Source: Amphiscolops sp. MND2022
Taxonomy: Eukaryota
Assembly (NCBI GenBank): GCA_964187785.1
Contig: OZ076409.1
Coordinates: 61,568,001 to 61,632,000, forward strand
Direction of reading: 5' to 3'
DNA: 64,000 nt
In this document: positions 36,127 through 47,500 of the stretch, in pieces
How the letters are laid out: each line of letters starts with the position of its first letter
Position numbering within the stretch: position 1 is the stretch's first letter
Made by a program: the position numbers and the translations under genes
Notes under the pieces: model-generated
What the model was told of the DNA's origin: nothing
Database searches by the model: none
The model's input: only the letters and a program-made list of their open reading frames with translations

Positions 36127-37712
36127 ATATTTTTTTTTCGAAAAGTTCTCACAAAACTTTCTTCTAGTTTAGTAAGTTTCCGGTGCGAGCCGGTAGAAGC
36201 ACACTATAAAAACGTTTCAATTCTACACCTTAGTCAATTACAAACGCGTATTGGTGATCAGTGCTACACAACTTTTGATTCAGCAACTTTCGATTTGAAA
36301 AGAGAAAAATTTTCAGGAACTTTTAGACCTTATAATCTTCCTTTTCGGTTTATTTTGTCATCATTTCCAAAATTGCAAATTGCAAAAGTAGCGGACCGAA
36401 ATGAAGATCCATTTCCACAAAGAAATGTTGAGGCCAGTTTGTGGGTTTTGGCATCCACAAGACATCATGTATGTATTTAGTCGCATTTTCAGTCGAATAG
36501 TAAAGAGTGATTGATTTAATCTCTAGCTTTATCATTAAACTTCGTTGAAGGTAAATGCTCCGTTTCAGAAAGGAATCGTGTGTTGAAAAATTTCACGCAG
36601 GCAAGAACTTAGACTGCAAATAGCTGTAATGAAAAGCGCTTAGCGTTTGTTCGCTACACAGGGTGGAGGAACTGATGCCATGGATTAAGATTCGGGACCA
36701 ATCACCATAACACCAGCTCATTTTGCCTCCTAAGGACTGCCGGTCCCGAGGAGGGGGAACTGTCTCGAAGGATGCTCTCCGGCTTGTTCCAGTCTGTAAC
36801 TGCTGAGAATAACGGGCTTCCGTCTCGGACTTACCTCGGAACACCGTCTAGACAGCTTTTAAAAACAATGACAAGGAAAATCAGTGTAAATTTCCATCTT
36901 CAGAGTGATACATCGGAACAAGATCTAAAGTTCGGAATAACGTCTAAATTGCACTGACTAGCGCTCGAGCTAGAAAATACGGCTAAATCCAGTGAAAATA
37001 CATTACGGCACGGCTAAACCACGCAGCTACAAGCTGGGGCACAGGGACTATAAGCACCAAACAAGGATAATTAAGCTACAGGACTCATTTTGCTGGTTTC
37101 CGCTACTTAAGGTAACATAATGTTAAAATCAATGAAAACCGGGGTTAGCACCTCAAAAAGAGTCTATTTTCAGATGTTCTTGCCGTCTGTGGCTTCTATC
37201 ATGGCGGCGCACCCATGTTTTTGCTCGTTCTTGCTCTTTTTTGTCGAAGTACCTGCCAATTTTGTAGAAACCGCGAAAAGAGCAATCACATGCTCAGTGC
37301 CACGTCAGACATCGGATTAGAATTTTTGACAAAATTTCTGAACATGTCAAAACTCCAAAACCTTCAAATTCGGTATATCACAGGGTCCCGGTACAAGCTC
37401 TATCGATGATTCATTGGTGGTAGACACTATCGACAAACATCCTTGACTTTACCTCTAACCAAGAGTGTAACTTTTCTTTAAACAGCTTTTTCTGTGATGT
37501 CTGTCTCCCGCTGTTTTTTTACGATCACTGCTTTTCTAAGAATTTAAAATCACAGTCAAAATTTTCTCCTGAAAAGCTTTTTCATTTTATTCTGGGTAAT
37601 AAACGATCTTTATAGTGTTTTTACTCCTGCGACAATTCTGGCGACTATTCTCTGATTGAATTTGTGAGGTTATTCTTCTCACTTCAAAGTCGACTGAAAA
37701 GCACTGAAGTCT

Positions 37713-37828
37713 TACATTTTGAAAATCTGTTTTGCAATTTACAGAACTAAAAGTCCAAAGTGTTGGAGAATTCTCCAGCACTTTGGACTTTTAGTTCTGT
37801 AAATTACAAAATAGATTTTCAAAATGTA
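37713..37828. repeat. 116-bp near-perfect palindrome
   Basis: 58-bp arms centred on GAGAA|TTCTC, 3 mismatches. Confidence 0.9.
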
Positions 37829-37902
37829 GCATTAAATCATTCTTTTCAAATAATATATAAAGGAGTTTATGGAAATTTTTAGCGATATTGTTCTCCTCGA
37901 GG

Positions 37903-37975
37903 ACGTTGCTGAACTGAAGTATGAAAATTAGAAGAGGATCCTGCTTCTAATTTCCATACTTCAGTTCAGCAACGT
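37903..37975. repeat. 73-bp near-perfect palindrome
   Basis: ACGTTGCTGAACTGAAGTATG...GGATCC...CATACTTCAGTTCAGCAACGT. Confidence 0.9.
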
Positions 37976-38381
37976 TCATTTTTAGTTTACTTTGAACCTT
38001 TGTAACATAAAATCAACACTTTGATTCAATTCTTCTATGCGCAGACACTGTTACTGTTGCTCGGGAGCCTAGGTGATCGTGTTTTGACTGTCTAATTTGT
38101 TAAGTAACTCAAAGTTTTTCCCTGTATAAAATCAGGAAAACATGATTGGGGAAAAGACAGTTTCTCGATTTGTTTGGCAAAGTTATAGCCGAGCTGACTT
38201 TCTCAACAATTCTGCAGCTTTCAGCAAAAACGGCATCCCAACTATCGGTTTCTGGCTGGCCCCGTCAACAAAGTGGAATGAAAATTATTTCTGTGAATGG
38301 GTGAGTTGGCTCACAGCTTACGGTGTTCTTTTCAAAAAAAAGTAAAGGCACTTTTATTAAAAAGTTGGTTTATGTATGTAC

Positions 38382-38611
38382 CTTTTTTGTAGGAGTAGGA
38401 ACTCGGCTCCAACCCCGAAGCCACAGCATGTGATGAGGATGATGAGGAGAAAGGAGAGAGTATCCTTGATCATCTCAATCAACATGAGCACCTTGGGTCC
38501 GAGGGCCTCCACCACACTGAATGTATGGAGTAACTTGAAGTAGTTAGTCAGAATGCAAAGTCCGTAGAACAACTTCGCTGCTGTCATCCAGTTGCTGTTT
38601 TCTGTCGCACT
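38382..38611 (-). CDS. TRPM-like channel exon (S4, S4-S5 linker, S5)
   Basis: AAKLFYGLCILTNYFKLLHTFSVVEALGPKVLMLIEMIKDTLSFLLII matches the TRPM LL.IF.V...LGPK..M...M..D motif. AG/GT bounded, phase 0 to 2. Confidence 0.92.
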
Positions 38612-38810
38612 CTGCATAAAAATCATAGAAAACATAAAGTTATAACTTGGTAAATTTAGAGTCGCAGTGTCGAAAAAGTTCCCAAGAGGGGACTCGTGCG
38701 TCTCATACAGCTGTGTAGATGAAGTAAATATAGCATTTTCAAAGGGGGACCCTTTGGCCCCTTTAATGCTCCTTAAATATTTCCATATTCCACAATGAGT
38801 TAAAACTAAC

Positions 38811-38942
38811 ATCAGGAGTGAAGCCTCGAAGAACTCCCGCAACGAGCATGAACAGGGTGGTGACGAGTTCACTCGAATTCCACACGTCCGAAAAGTACCT
38901 CCTGTACTTCTGGAGAATGTTGCCGACTCCTGTCTTGGAACC
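38811..38942 (-). CDS. TRPM-like channel exon (S2-S3 linker, S3)
   Basis: GSKTGVGNILQKYRRYFSDVWNSSELVTTLFMLVAGVLR (Y..D.WN motif), phase 0-0. Confidence 0.9.
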
Positions 38943-39083
38943 CTGCAAAACGAATGAGGATAAAAAACAAACTGTTTGCCAGAAACTTATTGATGTCAAT
39001 GCTATTCTACACTACGTTTCATTCGTATTTCACAATGTGGAAAAGTTTGCTAGCCTACCCTGAGGGTAACCCTTATCGTACAA

Positions 39084-39293
39084 CGGCTACCAGACAAAGG
39101 CGCCCCAGTCAAAGACGACTGGCGGTTTGATAACTCCATCCCCCTCCAGTTAAGTAATCATCAGTTTTTATTTCTAAGAAATAAAAACGGTTCTAATTGA
39201 AAATTGGCCAGGTGCTTTGCATTGGGGCGCTTGTGACTGGTTTCGCTTATGCTTCTAAAATGATTTTGACTGGCACGCTTTTGTCTGTACACG
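39084..39293. mobile_element. Short MITE-like element
   Basis: Imperfect TIRs CGGCTACCAGACAAAGGCG / CGCTTTTGTCTGTACACG, flanked by CGTACAA / AGTACAA. Confidence 0.5.
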
Positions 39294-39958
39294 AGTACAA
39301 TTCTGCTACTATGATTATAGAAAACTAATTATTCTTTAATCATAGTGGAAGTTGGATGGAAATTTAGTCAAGCATTTCTTCTGCCTATAAGACATTTGCC
39401 AAGTCTCGATAGCTTAATATCTTTTCCGAGATGAAAAGCCATGGGCTTAACTTATTTGAGAAAACTATTCCAAGACGTCTCAGAGTCGAAACACGAAAGC
39501 GGCTTTCTGCATCTCCAAGTTTTGTAACTCGCATATAACAATCAACAACAAGGAACAATTCACGAAAATAGTAGCATTTAAGAATCGGACACTTCTGCTT
39601 ACAAACAGTGATGAATGAAAGACAGACCATAATTTTATTGTTGCCATTTTCATTTTAAATTGTGAAAGTGAGTTAAACGTTAACAGTGCAGTAATGAAAA
39701 AACTGAAAGTGCTTAAAAGGGTGTACAGAAAATTCAACATAAGTACTGAAAATTTCTCTAAAAAATACAAAAATTTACTTCCAGTTCAATAGTGATCTAA
39801 CTGCAAGTTATTGTTTGACCAATTATCCGTTTCAAACTTTTTAAACATTGGATGTAAACACAAATGGTTTATCCAACCTCTGAATGAGGGAGCGAAAGAT
39901 CTGAGTTTCAGGAAGTGGTATTTTCCTCAAGTTTGTGTAGTTTAAGAATAGATCTGAC

Positions 39959-40466
39959 CTGATAAATGACCTCTCCGAAAAGGTTAAACTGCCAGTACCA
40001 CAAAACCACCTCCATAATAGCGTGATCAGACCACCAATGAATCCTGTCATCGTAGAAGAACAACAGAAATGCCGAAAAGTACAACACAAACCAAATCTTG
40101 CTAAACGCGTACCACCAAAAGGTCGAAAAGGGGGTGTAGTAAGCGAACAATCTCAGATACTCGAAAGGATACTTAGCCCGGTGCAAAAACCCGATATCTT
40201 TCTCTGGTTTTTTCTCCCCCGCTCCGGCCAGTTTCGCAGCCTTAATTCTTTGTGAGTCGTTTTTGAGTTCGACAATTTGCCGGTCTTTAACGTAATCAAT
40301 GTTGAGATACAGAAAAGGAATGAACTGCGCCATGTTAAGCAGAGCTAGACTGTTGTTGATTCTCATTTCGCCATACCATTCTTTCATCAGAATATCTTCG
40401 CAACCAGGAGCAGCTGCAAATTCTTTGAAACCGATTCTTTGAGCGAAACTGATCGCCGTGCAGCCA
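39959..40466 (-). CDS. TRPM-like channel exon (end of MHR4, pre-S1, S1, S2)
   Basis: GCTAISFAQRIGFKEFAAAPGCEDILMKEWYGEM (cf. F.AH...Q.LL...W.G) through YYTPFSTFWW...EVVLWYWQFNLFGEVIYQ, phase 2 to 0. Confidence 0.9.
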
Positions 40467-40649
40467 CTGCAAACAACACGTCTCATAAAGTTCATCCATA
40501 AATGTATACAAGAAAAGTATATCATAGAATAAAAATGAAACACATGGAACAAAAAGCAGTAAAGTTTTGAAAGGAATAAAATACCTGATAAAAAATTAAA
40601 TTTTGTTGAATATAGTTAGTGATATCTACTGAATAGACCTCAGCGATGT

Positions 40650-41077
40650 TTTTAACGGGCCTATTTTCCTTTTAAGGAAAAAAGCCCGACTATTACAGTG
40701 ACAAGTTTTTTTCTTTTTTTTTTCGTCAGATAAAAGAATGCGTAGTTGACACTTTTTACAGAACTACTGAACTACTGGACCGGCAAATGGAAACGCATCT
40801 AAGTCAGTGCTAAGGGTCCCCCTCTCATTTATTCCATTTTTAACGTAAGATACAAAACCAGACGAGACTGTAGAGTCCCCCCTTTGACTTTTTCGGCACT
40901 GGGCGACTTTTTTCCGAATTTTTTTTGTCTCCAAAGGATCCCCCTTCAAATTTTTTGATGTTTTGCAACAAACTGAATTTTCAAAAAGCCCAAAGAGTTT
41001 CCCTTTTAACAATTTTGAAAGTTTTGCGCTTTTTGAGCCTTAGATATAGCGCCGACTCTAGACGTTCCCGTCTTGTT
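40650..41077 (+). mobile_element. HINE-like repeat copy
   Basis: AAAAAAGCCCGACTATTACAGTG at the 5' side and GCGCCGACTCTAGACGTTCCCGTCTTGTT at the 3' end. Confidence 0.7.
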
Positions 41078-41733
41078 ATGTTTTCATAACTGTAGTGGCA
41101 TCCTTAAAGAATGTGACTCAGATGTCACAAGTTGAAACTATTCTCAATTCTAATTGGTTGAGCAGGGACAGCTTTTCAAAACCTTATCTTTTCAAGATGT
41201 TTCAAGATCATTTCGAAGGGAGCATGGTCCAAACTTGGAAAAACTAACATTTCAATAGTTTTGTTCATAAGTTCAAGATTCCACTGTGCGCTGTATCTTC
41301 ACTTATAAGTATACGCATACGGCACTGTCAATGGGAAATCGTTCAAAAGTTAACAAATGACGTATATCTTTTAAATTAAAAAGTCTGATCTACAGAAACA
41401 TTTTTAAAACGTTTTCCATATGGTAAAAACGAAAATCAATCTGTCAGCCGCTGTTTTTTTTTTCAAATTTTGTTATGTTCAAATTTTACATTTTAAAAGA
41501 GGGGTTTTCCACAGGTTTTAAGATCAAAGATATTTGAACTGTTTTTAAATAAAAGAACTTAAAATGGAAAATGTTTCAGCCTGAGGAAACCAAGTTTCTA
41601 CCATTTTCGGTTTTCATTCTACCAAATTTTGTACAATTTCCTACGACTGAACATTTACCTGCCAAGCATATATTTTCATAGAATGATTTAAAGTCTTCTA
41701 AATGAATTAACCAAACAAAATATCTAAGGTTAC

Positions 41734-43465
41734 TGTCGCAGGCTGCCGCCTGTGACGGTACATTAATAACGACGTCAGCGGAAAATCAGGAAATCGTCCC
41801 AGGTACCCTACCCACGTTTTAAACTTTCCCTTACTGAAACTTATATTTACTAGTTGATCACATTCATTTTACTTATTCAAGTGCATTTTCACATAATTGT
41901 TCATGATATTAGTCTGTTAAAATTACGATTTGGAGCTATCCAAATCAAGTTGTGATTGAAATTGTAAAAGGTAGTTGTTGAAATTAATCAAAGCGGTAAC
42001 GTACAATAAGCAAGTTAATCGCGAGAAGGAAACGTGTTCAAGTAAGAAAACGTCCCTTCTCGGCGATGTAACTTTCAGCACGGTTATTAGCCAATCAGAG
42101 CTCTCCTTTTTACTAATTATGAGTGCTTTATTTATGGTGGCCGGATATGGCCAATTGACTAAGCGGCGCTAATTTGAATCAGTCCCACAGTCAAATGGAC
42201 AGCTCCGGCCAATTCGAGCTTAATGATGCTTTTGTTACATAATTGGATCAGTACTTACGCGGAGCTATTAGAATCATGTTTTTAGACTAAATGAATACGG
42301 TTGTGACGTTTTGATGTTTGTATACCTTTGATTTGGATAAAGGGACGATTATGGCCTTTTACCATGTTCTTCATATGTGCAATACATGTTATGAATTTGG
42401 GCCTATTCTGGCTTTGATATGCGAGTGTATTTTCGTGAATACCAATGCAATATTAGGATTCCATACATAGTAATACATTCCGTTTTTAGCTTAACATGCA
42501 GTAAACTTGTGCCGGCACGTGCCTTCATTTTACGTTACTATAAAATATGCAAATTGTGGTATTTGTTTACATCACACATTAAGCGGTCTTAACCGATAAA
42601 TTGTTTGAAGTTGCTACTTAAGATGATGACTCTGAATTCCATTCCTTAAATGTCCCCCGGAAATATGTAGTTGTCGGGGATTTTCTTATGATGATTGTAA
42701 AATCCTATGATTTGTCTTGATCAAACTATGTAAAAAATGTGTGTGTCATCCCTTTAGGGGTATAAATACCCGTACCCCTGCAGGAAGACTCATACTTTGT
42801 ATTTCTCTTCATTTGATAAAGACGTTCATAATACAAACGGTTTCACTGTTAACATTTCGGAATTGATAATTCAAGTATTCAATCCGGTTCGGTCTTAATG
42901 CCTACTACAAGAAAGCAAAAGAAAACAAGGAAATCTAGAGGATTAGAGATTCTCTCTGACATTGAAAACCTTGACATAATGTTAGGTGAAAATCACTTCA
43001 ATGACATGGGGAGAGACGAAAGTCTCGATGGAACTTCCATTAGAAGACAGGAAAGTGTTACAAGCAATAACTTAGAAAATGAGGAAATGAATCTCCATTC
43101 TGATCATAGAAATCCCGAAACTGGGACTAGTGCCGGTTACGACCGAATCACAGCAAGTATAGATTCTCAAGCTGAGATCAATAAGTTATCGTGTGAACTA
43201 AACTCTAGAATATCTAGAGAGATGGATGAGATGATGAACAGTGTTAGTTCTCAAATCCAGAGAGCCATAAGTGATGCCATCAATAACCAAGTTTTGCCAC
43301 AAATTCAAAACGTTATTATGGCCGGTTCAGGACAGGAGACTAGAAGGGGATGGGAGAGATCTGACGAGAGACCGGAAAGTTATTCCGAAGTTCAACACAA
43401 CGCGAAAACTAGAACTACTCTCAATAATGAACATGGTGATAAAACACAACGTAATGTTCATGACA
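41734..43465 (+). repeat. 5' LTR (1732 bp)
   Basis: Direct repeat of 52797-54528. About 9 substitutions spotted by eye, no indels. Confidence 0.97.
42761..42768 (+). promoter_or_regulatory. Putative LTR TATA box
   Basis: TATAAATA within GGGGTATAAATACCC, about 135 nt upstream of the gag ATG. Copy at 53824. Confidence 0.6.
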
Positions 43466-44592
43466 TGGTGACAGGAGACAACGAATCTCCAAATCCAGTT
43501 CCTGAGTTTCTCACAGGACGCATCTCATCCCGAAATCATCTCGACAGGTCCTTCGAGGACGTCAACCTCAACACGACGATCCCAGCACAACAGAGAATCG
43601 CTACGGCTATTGACTCCGACCCTATCACTCGACTGGCAGACGTCTTGACTACAATGCAGAATAGACCGACAGCCCAACAACTTACCATACGCCCAGTCAA
43701 CTCAAATACCATGACATTCGATGGCAAAAGTGAGAAATTCGATTTGTTCGAAGACCTATTTCACACTATGATCAAGATGCAGCCAGAAATGACTGAGCAA
43801 ATGAAGATCAATCACTTCCACTCTTTATTGAGGAAGAACGCTCTTCAAACGTTCAGAAATATCAGCTCAAGCAACCGACAAACTCTAGAGGACGTATTAG
43901 TCATCTTTAGACGGAAATACGTCAAGCCCGAGTCACAGGCGACTGCCAAACATAAATGGCACCGTCTGGTCTTCGATCCCAACACGATGAAACTGCCTGA
44001 CTTTCTCGAAGAATTAAACCAAGGAGCCGAGAAGGCGTTTGGTGATCATGCGCAGAAAATGATTGACAGCTTGCTTTACGCAAAACTGCCACCAAAACTG
44101 AAGCGGTCCGTCAACATGGCCAGATTAGAAAATGGCTCATACGATGAGATAGTTGCTCATTTGGAGAGAGAATTAGAGCTTAACGCCCTCGAGGAGTCAG
44201 ATGACCTACCGATGGCCACAATGACCTCCTCGACTACGAAACCTAAAACCCCTCTGTCCACAGGGCAACTGTCCGATATCACTTGCAATTATTGCAAGGA
44301 AAAGGGCCACATGGTCAAGGACTGCGAAAAACTGAAAAAGAAAAAAGAAAAGGATGCCCAACAAGGCAAGTCGACGCAGAAGAAAACATATCCGGAGTGT
44401 GGCATTTGTGGGAAAAATAACCACCCGGAGGAGAGATGTTGGCAAGGCGCTGGTGCACATCTTAAACCCAAACGCACTAGACCTGAGGACTCAACTGACA
44501 ACAAGCCCAATCCCAAGGCTCAGAAACCTCAGACCAAACCGACATCATCGGGCTCCCAATCCTCATATTCTGATGACGAGTCAAAAAACTAA
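42898..44592 (+). CDS. gag: Gag (564 aa), initiating inside the 5' LTR
   Basis: Intact ORF. Capsid-like region from TFDGKSEKF, two knuckles CNYCKEKGHMVKDC and CGICGKNNHPEERC. Confidence 0.92.
   Translation: MPTTRKQKKTRKSRGLEILSDIENLDIMLGENHFNDMGRDESLDGTSIRRQESVTSNNLENEEMNLHSDHRNPETGTSAGYDRITASIDSQAEINKLSCELNSRISREMDEMMNSVSSQIQRAISDAINNQVLPQIQNVIMAGSGQETRRGWERSDERPESYSEVQHNAKTRTTLNNEHGDKTQRNVHDMVTGDNESPNPVPEFLTGRISSRNHLDRSFEDVNLNTTIPAQQRIATAIDSDPITRLADVLTTMQNRPTAQQLTIRPVNSNTMTFDGKSEKFDLFEDLFHTMIKMQPEMTEQMKINHFHSLLRKNALQTFRNISSSNRQTLEDVLVIFRRKYVKPESQATAKHKWHRLVFDPNTMKLPDFLEELNQGAEKAFGDHAQKMIDSLLYAKLPPKLKRSVNMARLENGSYDEIVAHLERELELNALEESDDLPMATMTSSTTKPKTPLSTGQLSDITCNYCKEKGHMVKDCEKLKKKKEKDAQQGKSTQKKTYPECGICGKNNHPEERCWQGAGAHLKPKRTRPEDSTDNKPNPKAQKPQTKPTSSGSQSSYSDDESKN
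43466..43477 (+). promoter_or_regulatory. Primer binding site, embedded in the gag reading frame
   Basis: TGGTGACAGGAG directly after the LTR-terminal CA. Close to the tRNA-Leu-type PBS TGGTGTCAGGAG; tRNA identity not verified. Confidence 0.8.
44583..44589 (+). promoter_or_regulatory. Putative -1 ribosomal frameshift heptamer A_AAA_AAC
   Basis: Immediately before the gag stop. The downstream protease frame is -1 relative to gag. Confidence 0.7.
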
Positions 44593-47500
44593 CTTCGCCA
44601 CGACTCCAATATAACGAATTAATATCTGTCCGACAATACATCAGATCGGACCCTCCAACACAAACTTTCCACCAATACAATTAACAATTGATGGGCTATC
44701 CCTCTGTTGTCTGGCAGCAGCAGATGGAAAAAGCCACCATCATCACCTACAATAACACCCATTTGTTCCAGAAACCAATTCCTGTTTGGGACCCTGATCA
44801 CACCACCACCTTCACTACCCGATTCAGGCCCATTCCACTAATCGATGATTACAACCCGACATACATCGACCCAGACTATGGCAGAGATCCCTACTGGGAG
44901 ACCGAGCTTTACAACCAAGATTTACTGCAATTCCAATATGTCCTAGACGATATTGAACATTATAATAGAACAGCCCACGAGAACCCTCCAATTACCCATA
45001 ACAAGAAAACAAGAGCGCTAATTGAAAACTGGCAAATGAATGATGGCACAAACCATCCAGTGTTCCCAAACCCATTGGGGACCGAGACCCATGACAGCAA
45101 TGTTGAACCCATACCACAATCATTGCTAGACGAGAAACAGTTCCAGAATGTCTTAATCACTAGAGACGGTGAACCAGACTGTTTACCCCTGTCGACTAAC
45201 ATCAATCTCAAATGCAAGAAACGCATGTTGTACTTCCTAATGGACTTTGGGGAATTGACCATAGATGGACTTATTGACACTGGAGCGCTGTCCAGTGCAA
45301 TTCCCGAAATGGACCTCCGGAAAATTCGACTTTTATCTCCACAATCTGTTATCCGGGAAGGTCCGCCTCCGAATTTCCAAATAATGGTCGCTAATGGGCA
45401 ATTGGAAACTCCTAAGAGTACAATAGAGCTCAAATTCGAAGTTGGTGACATTGAGTTCCATGAAATCTTCATAGTGATGGAACATCTGACAGGTCCGATC
45501 ATTGGACTAATGTTCCTTCAAAGAAACCATACAGTGCTGGACATGAGACAAGGGATACTGAATTTCCCGTTCTTTTCGATGCAGCTCAAAACAGCTGATC
45601 ACAAGTATTCAAATGTATTAGAGCCAATTCTCAACCCTATTGAGATAACCATTCCACCAAATGATAAAGTCCTAATTAGGACCAATTCCCTACTCTACCC
45701 TGAGAATGCTGTCACTGGAATTTTGCAACCGAGCGACCTTCTACATGAAGAAGGCGACATCACATTTTGCCCAGCTTTGGTCACTCTGAATGACGGCAAT
45801 ATACTGATACCAGTGAACAACTTCACAGACCACCCTTATAAACTCAAAAAGGGACTTCATATTGCCAATTTCTCTGTCATGACGCCAGAACAGATGAAGT
45901 ACGTCAAACCGATAGATCCGGCATCAACCTGGCACCTTCTACAGAATGACCAGGAGCAGGCAGCCCACTATGTCAGCAGTCTCATCAAGACCAATAGAAA
46001 TCCGCAAAACTCTGAAAATTATTGGTTCCCAACTCCAGAAAACCCCTGGAAATCCGGAGGAACACACACCTATACAAAAACGAATCCTTCGAGAATTACA
46101 GGCCTTACAAGACCTAGAGACACTTGACCCCACCAAAGATGAAGACTCACGTGCATAATTCTTAGAAAACTTCGATTGGAAAGATTCCACCCTTACTCCT
46201 GAAGAGAAGGAGAAAATAGAGGAATTGTTAGTGGAATTCCATGACATCTTTGCACGACACCGATTTGATATAGGCATGAACGAGGACTTCAAGGTGAAAC
46301 TGACGCCTAAAGACGATTCCCCAGCCTATAGCCAAAGCCTTCCAGCTCCTATCAATCTGAAGGAGGACATCCTAGTCGAATTAGCCATGTTACACAAATA
46401 TGGCATCATCACCACCCTACCGTTCTCGAAATATGCGAGCCCAATATTCGCACAAAAGAAACCGAACGGAAAACTCCGACTCTTGGTTGACTTGAGAAAA
46501 ATCAACAACCTCATCTCGGATGATTATATCAACAACAATCATCCCGTCAGTACGCTAGTTGATGCCGCCCAACACTTGGCAGGCAAAAAACTGTTCTGTA
46601 AATTAGACTGTTCGCAGGCATACCACTGCCTACCAATGGCTGACCAACGTTCAATCGAAATGTTGGCTTTCAATTTTGCCAGTCGCACATTCGCCTACAG
46701 ACGTTTGGCACAAATCCTTAGTCGGTCACTATCCGCATTCTCGAGTTTCATGAGGGAATACCTCGACAAAGTCATCAAAGCGGATCAGTGTGCCCAGTAT
46801 GTGGACGATATCGGCATCGCAGCCAATGATGTTGACCACCTCATGACGAACCTGAGAGCTACATTCAAATGCATTCAGGAAGCAGGCCTTAAGTTAACAA
46901 TGCACAAATGTCATTTCGGTGCAAAAGAAATCGATTTTCTCGGACGGACTATTACCCCACAAGGCGTCAAACCCCAGAAACAGAATGTGCAAAACTTTCT
47001 GGAAAAGACCAAATTCCCGAAGTCGAAAAAGGCTTTACAGCGCTATTTGGGATTCCTAAACTACTACAGGAATTATGTCCCAAGACTTTCAGAACGCCTT
47101 GCTCCATTCTACAAGATGCTGAAGAGTGACGAAAAGGTCCTAGTATCGAAGGAATTAGTCCAGCAATTTGAAGAAATCAATAGGGCGCTAGACAAATGTT
47201 GCGACTTGGCCCTACAACAACCCATTCCGAACAAACAAATAGCACTAATGACTGATGCAAGTTTTGGTGCAGCCGGATACGCGGTCCTAATCGAAGACGA
47301 CCCAAGCCAGAAATTTACGTCACACAGAAAATCGTATGCACCAGTCGCATATGGATCAAAAACTTTCACCCCAGCGCAGATAAAGATGTCAATTTATGCC
47401 AAAGAATTCCTTGCAATTTATTTTGCATTCAAAGAATTCGGACATATATTTTGGGGTGCGCCGAAACCGGTCATCATCCTTACAGACAATAAAGCTGTCA

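Noticed and set aside
35743..36480. 245-aa ORF
   Set aside because: Runs through a T-rich HINE-like repeat, giving Phe/Leu/Lys-biased sequence with no motif. Probably a chance frame.
36836..36848. 13-nt TRPM micro-exon (ctAG|ACGGTGTTCCGAG|GTAAGT) that would permit the upstream acceptor near 33495
   Set aside because: Phase-compatible but unnecessary for the gene model, and unsupported without transcript data.
41975..42172. Identical 65-aa ORFs at 41975-42172 and 53038-53235
   Set aside because: TTG start, short, and identical only because they lie in the two LTRs. No counterpart was seen in the solo LTR.
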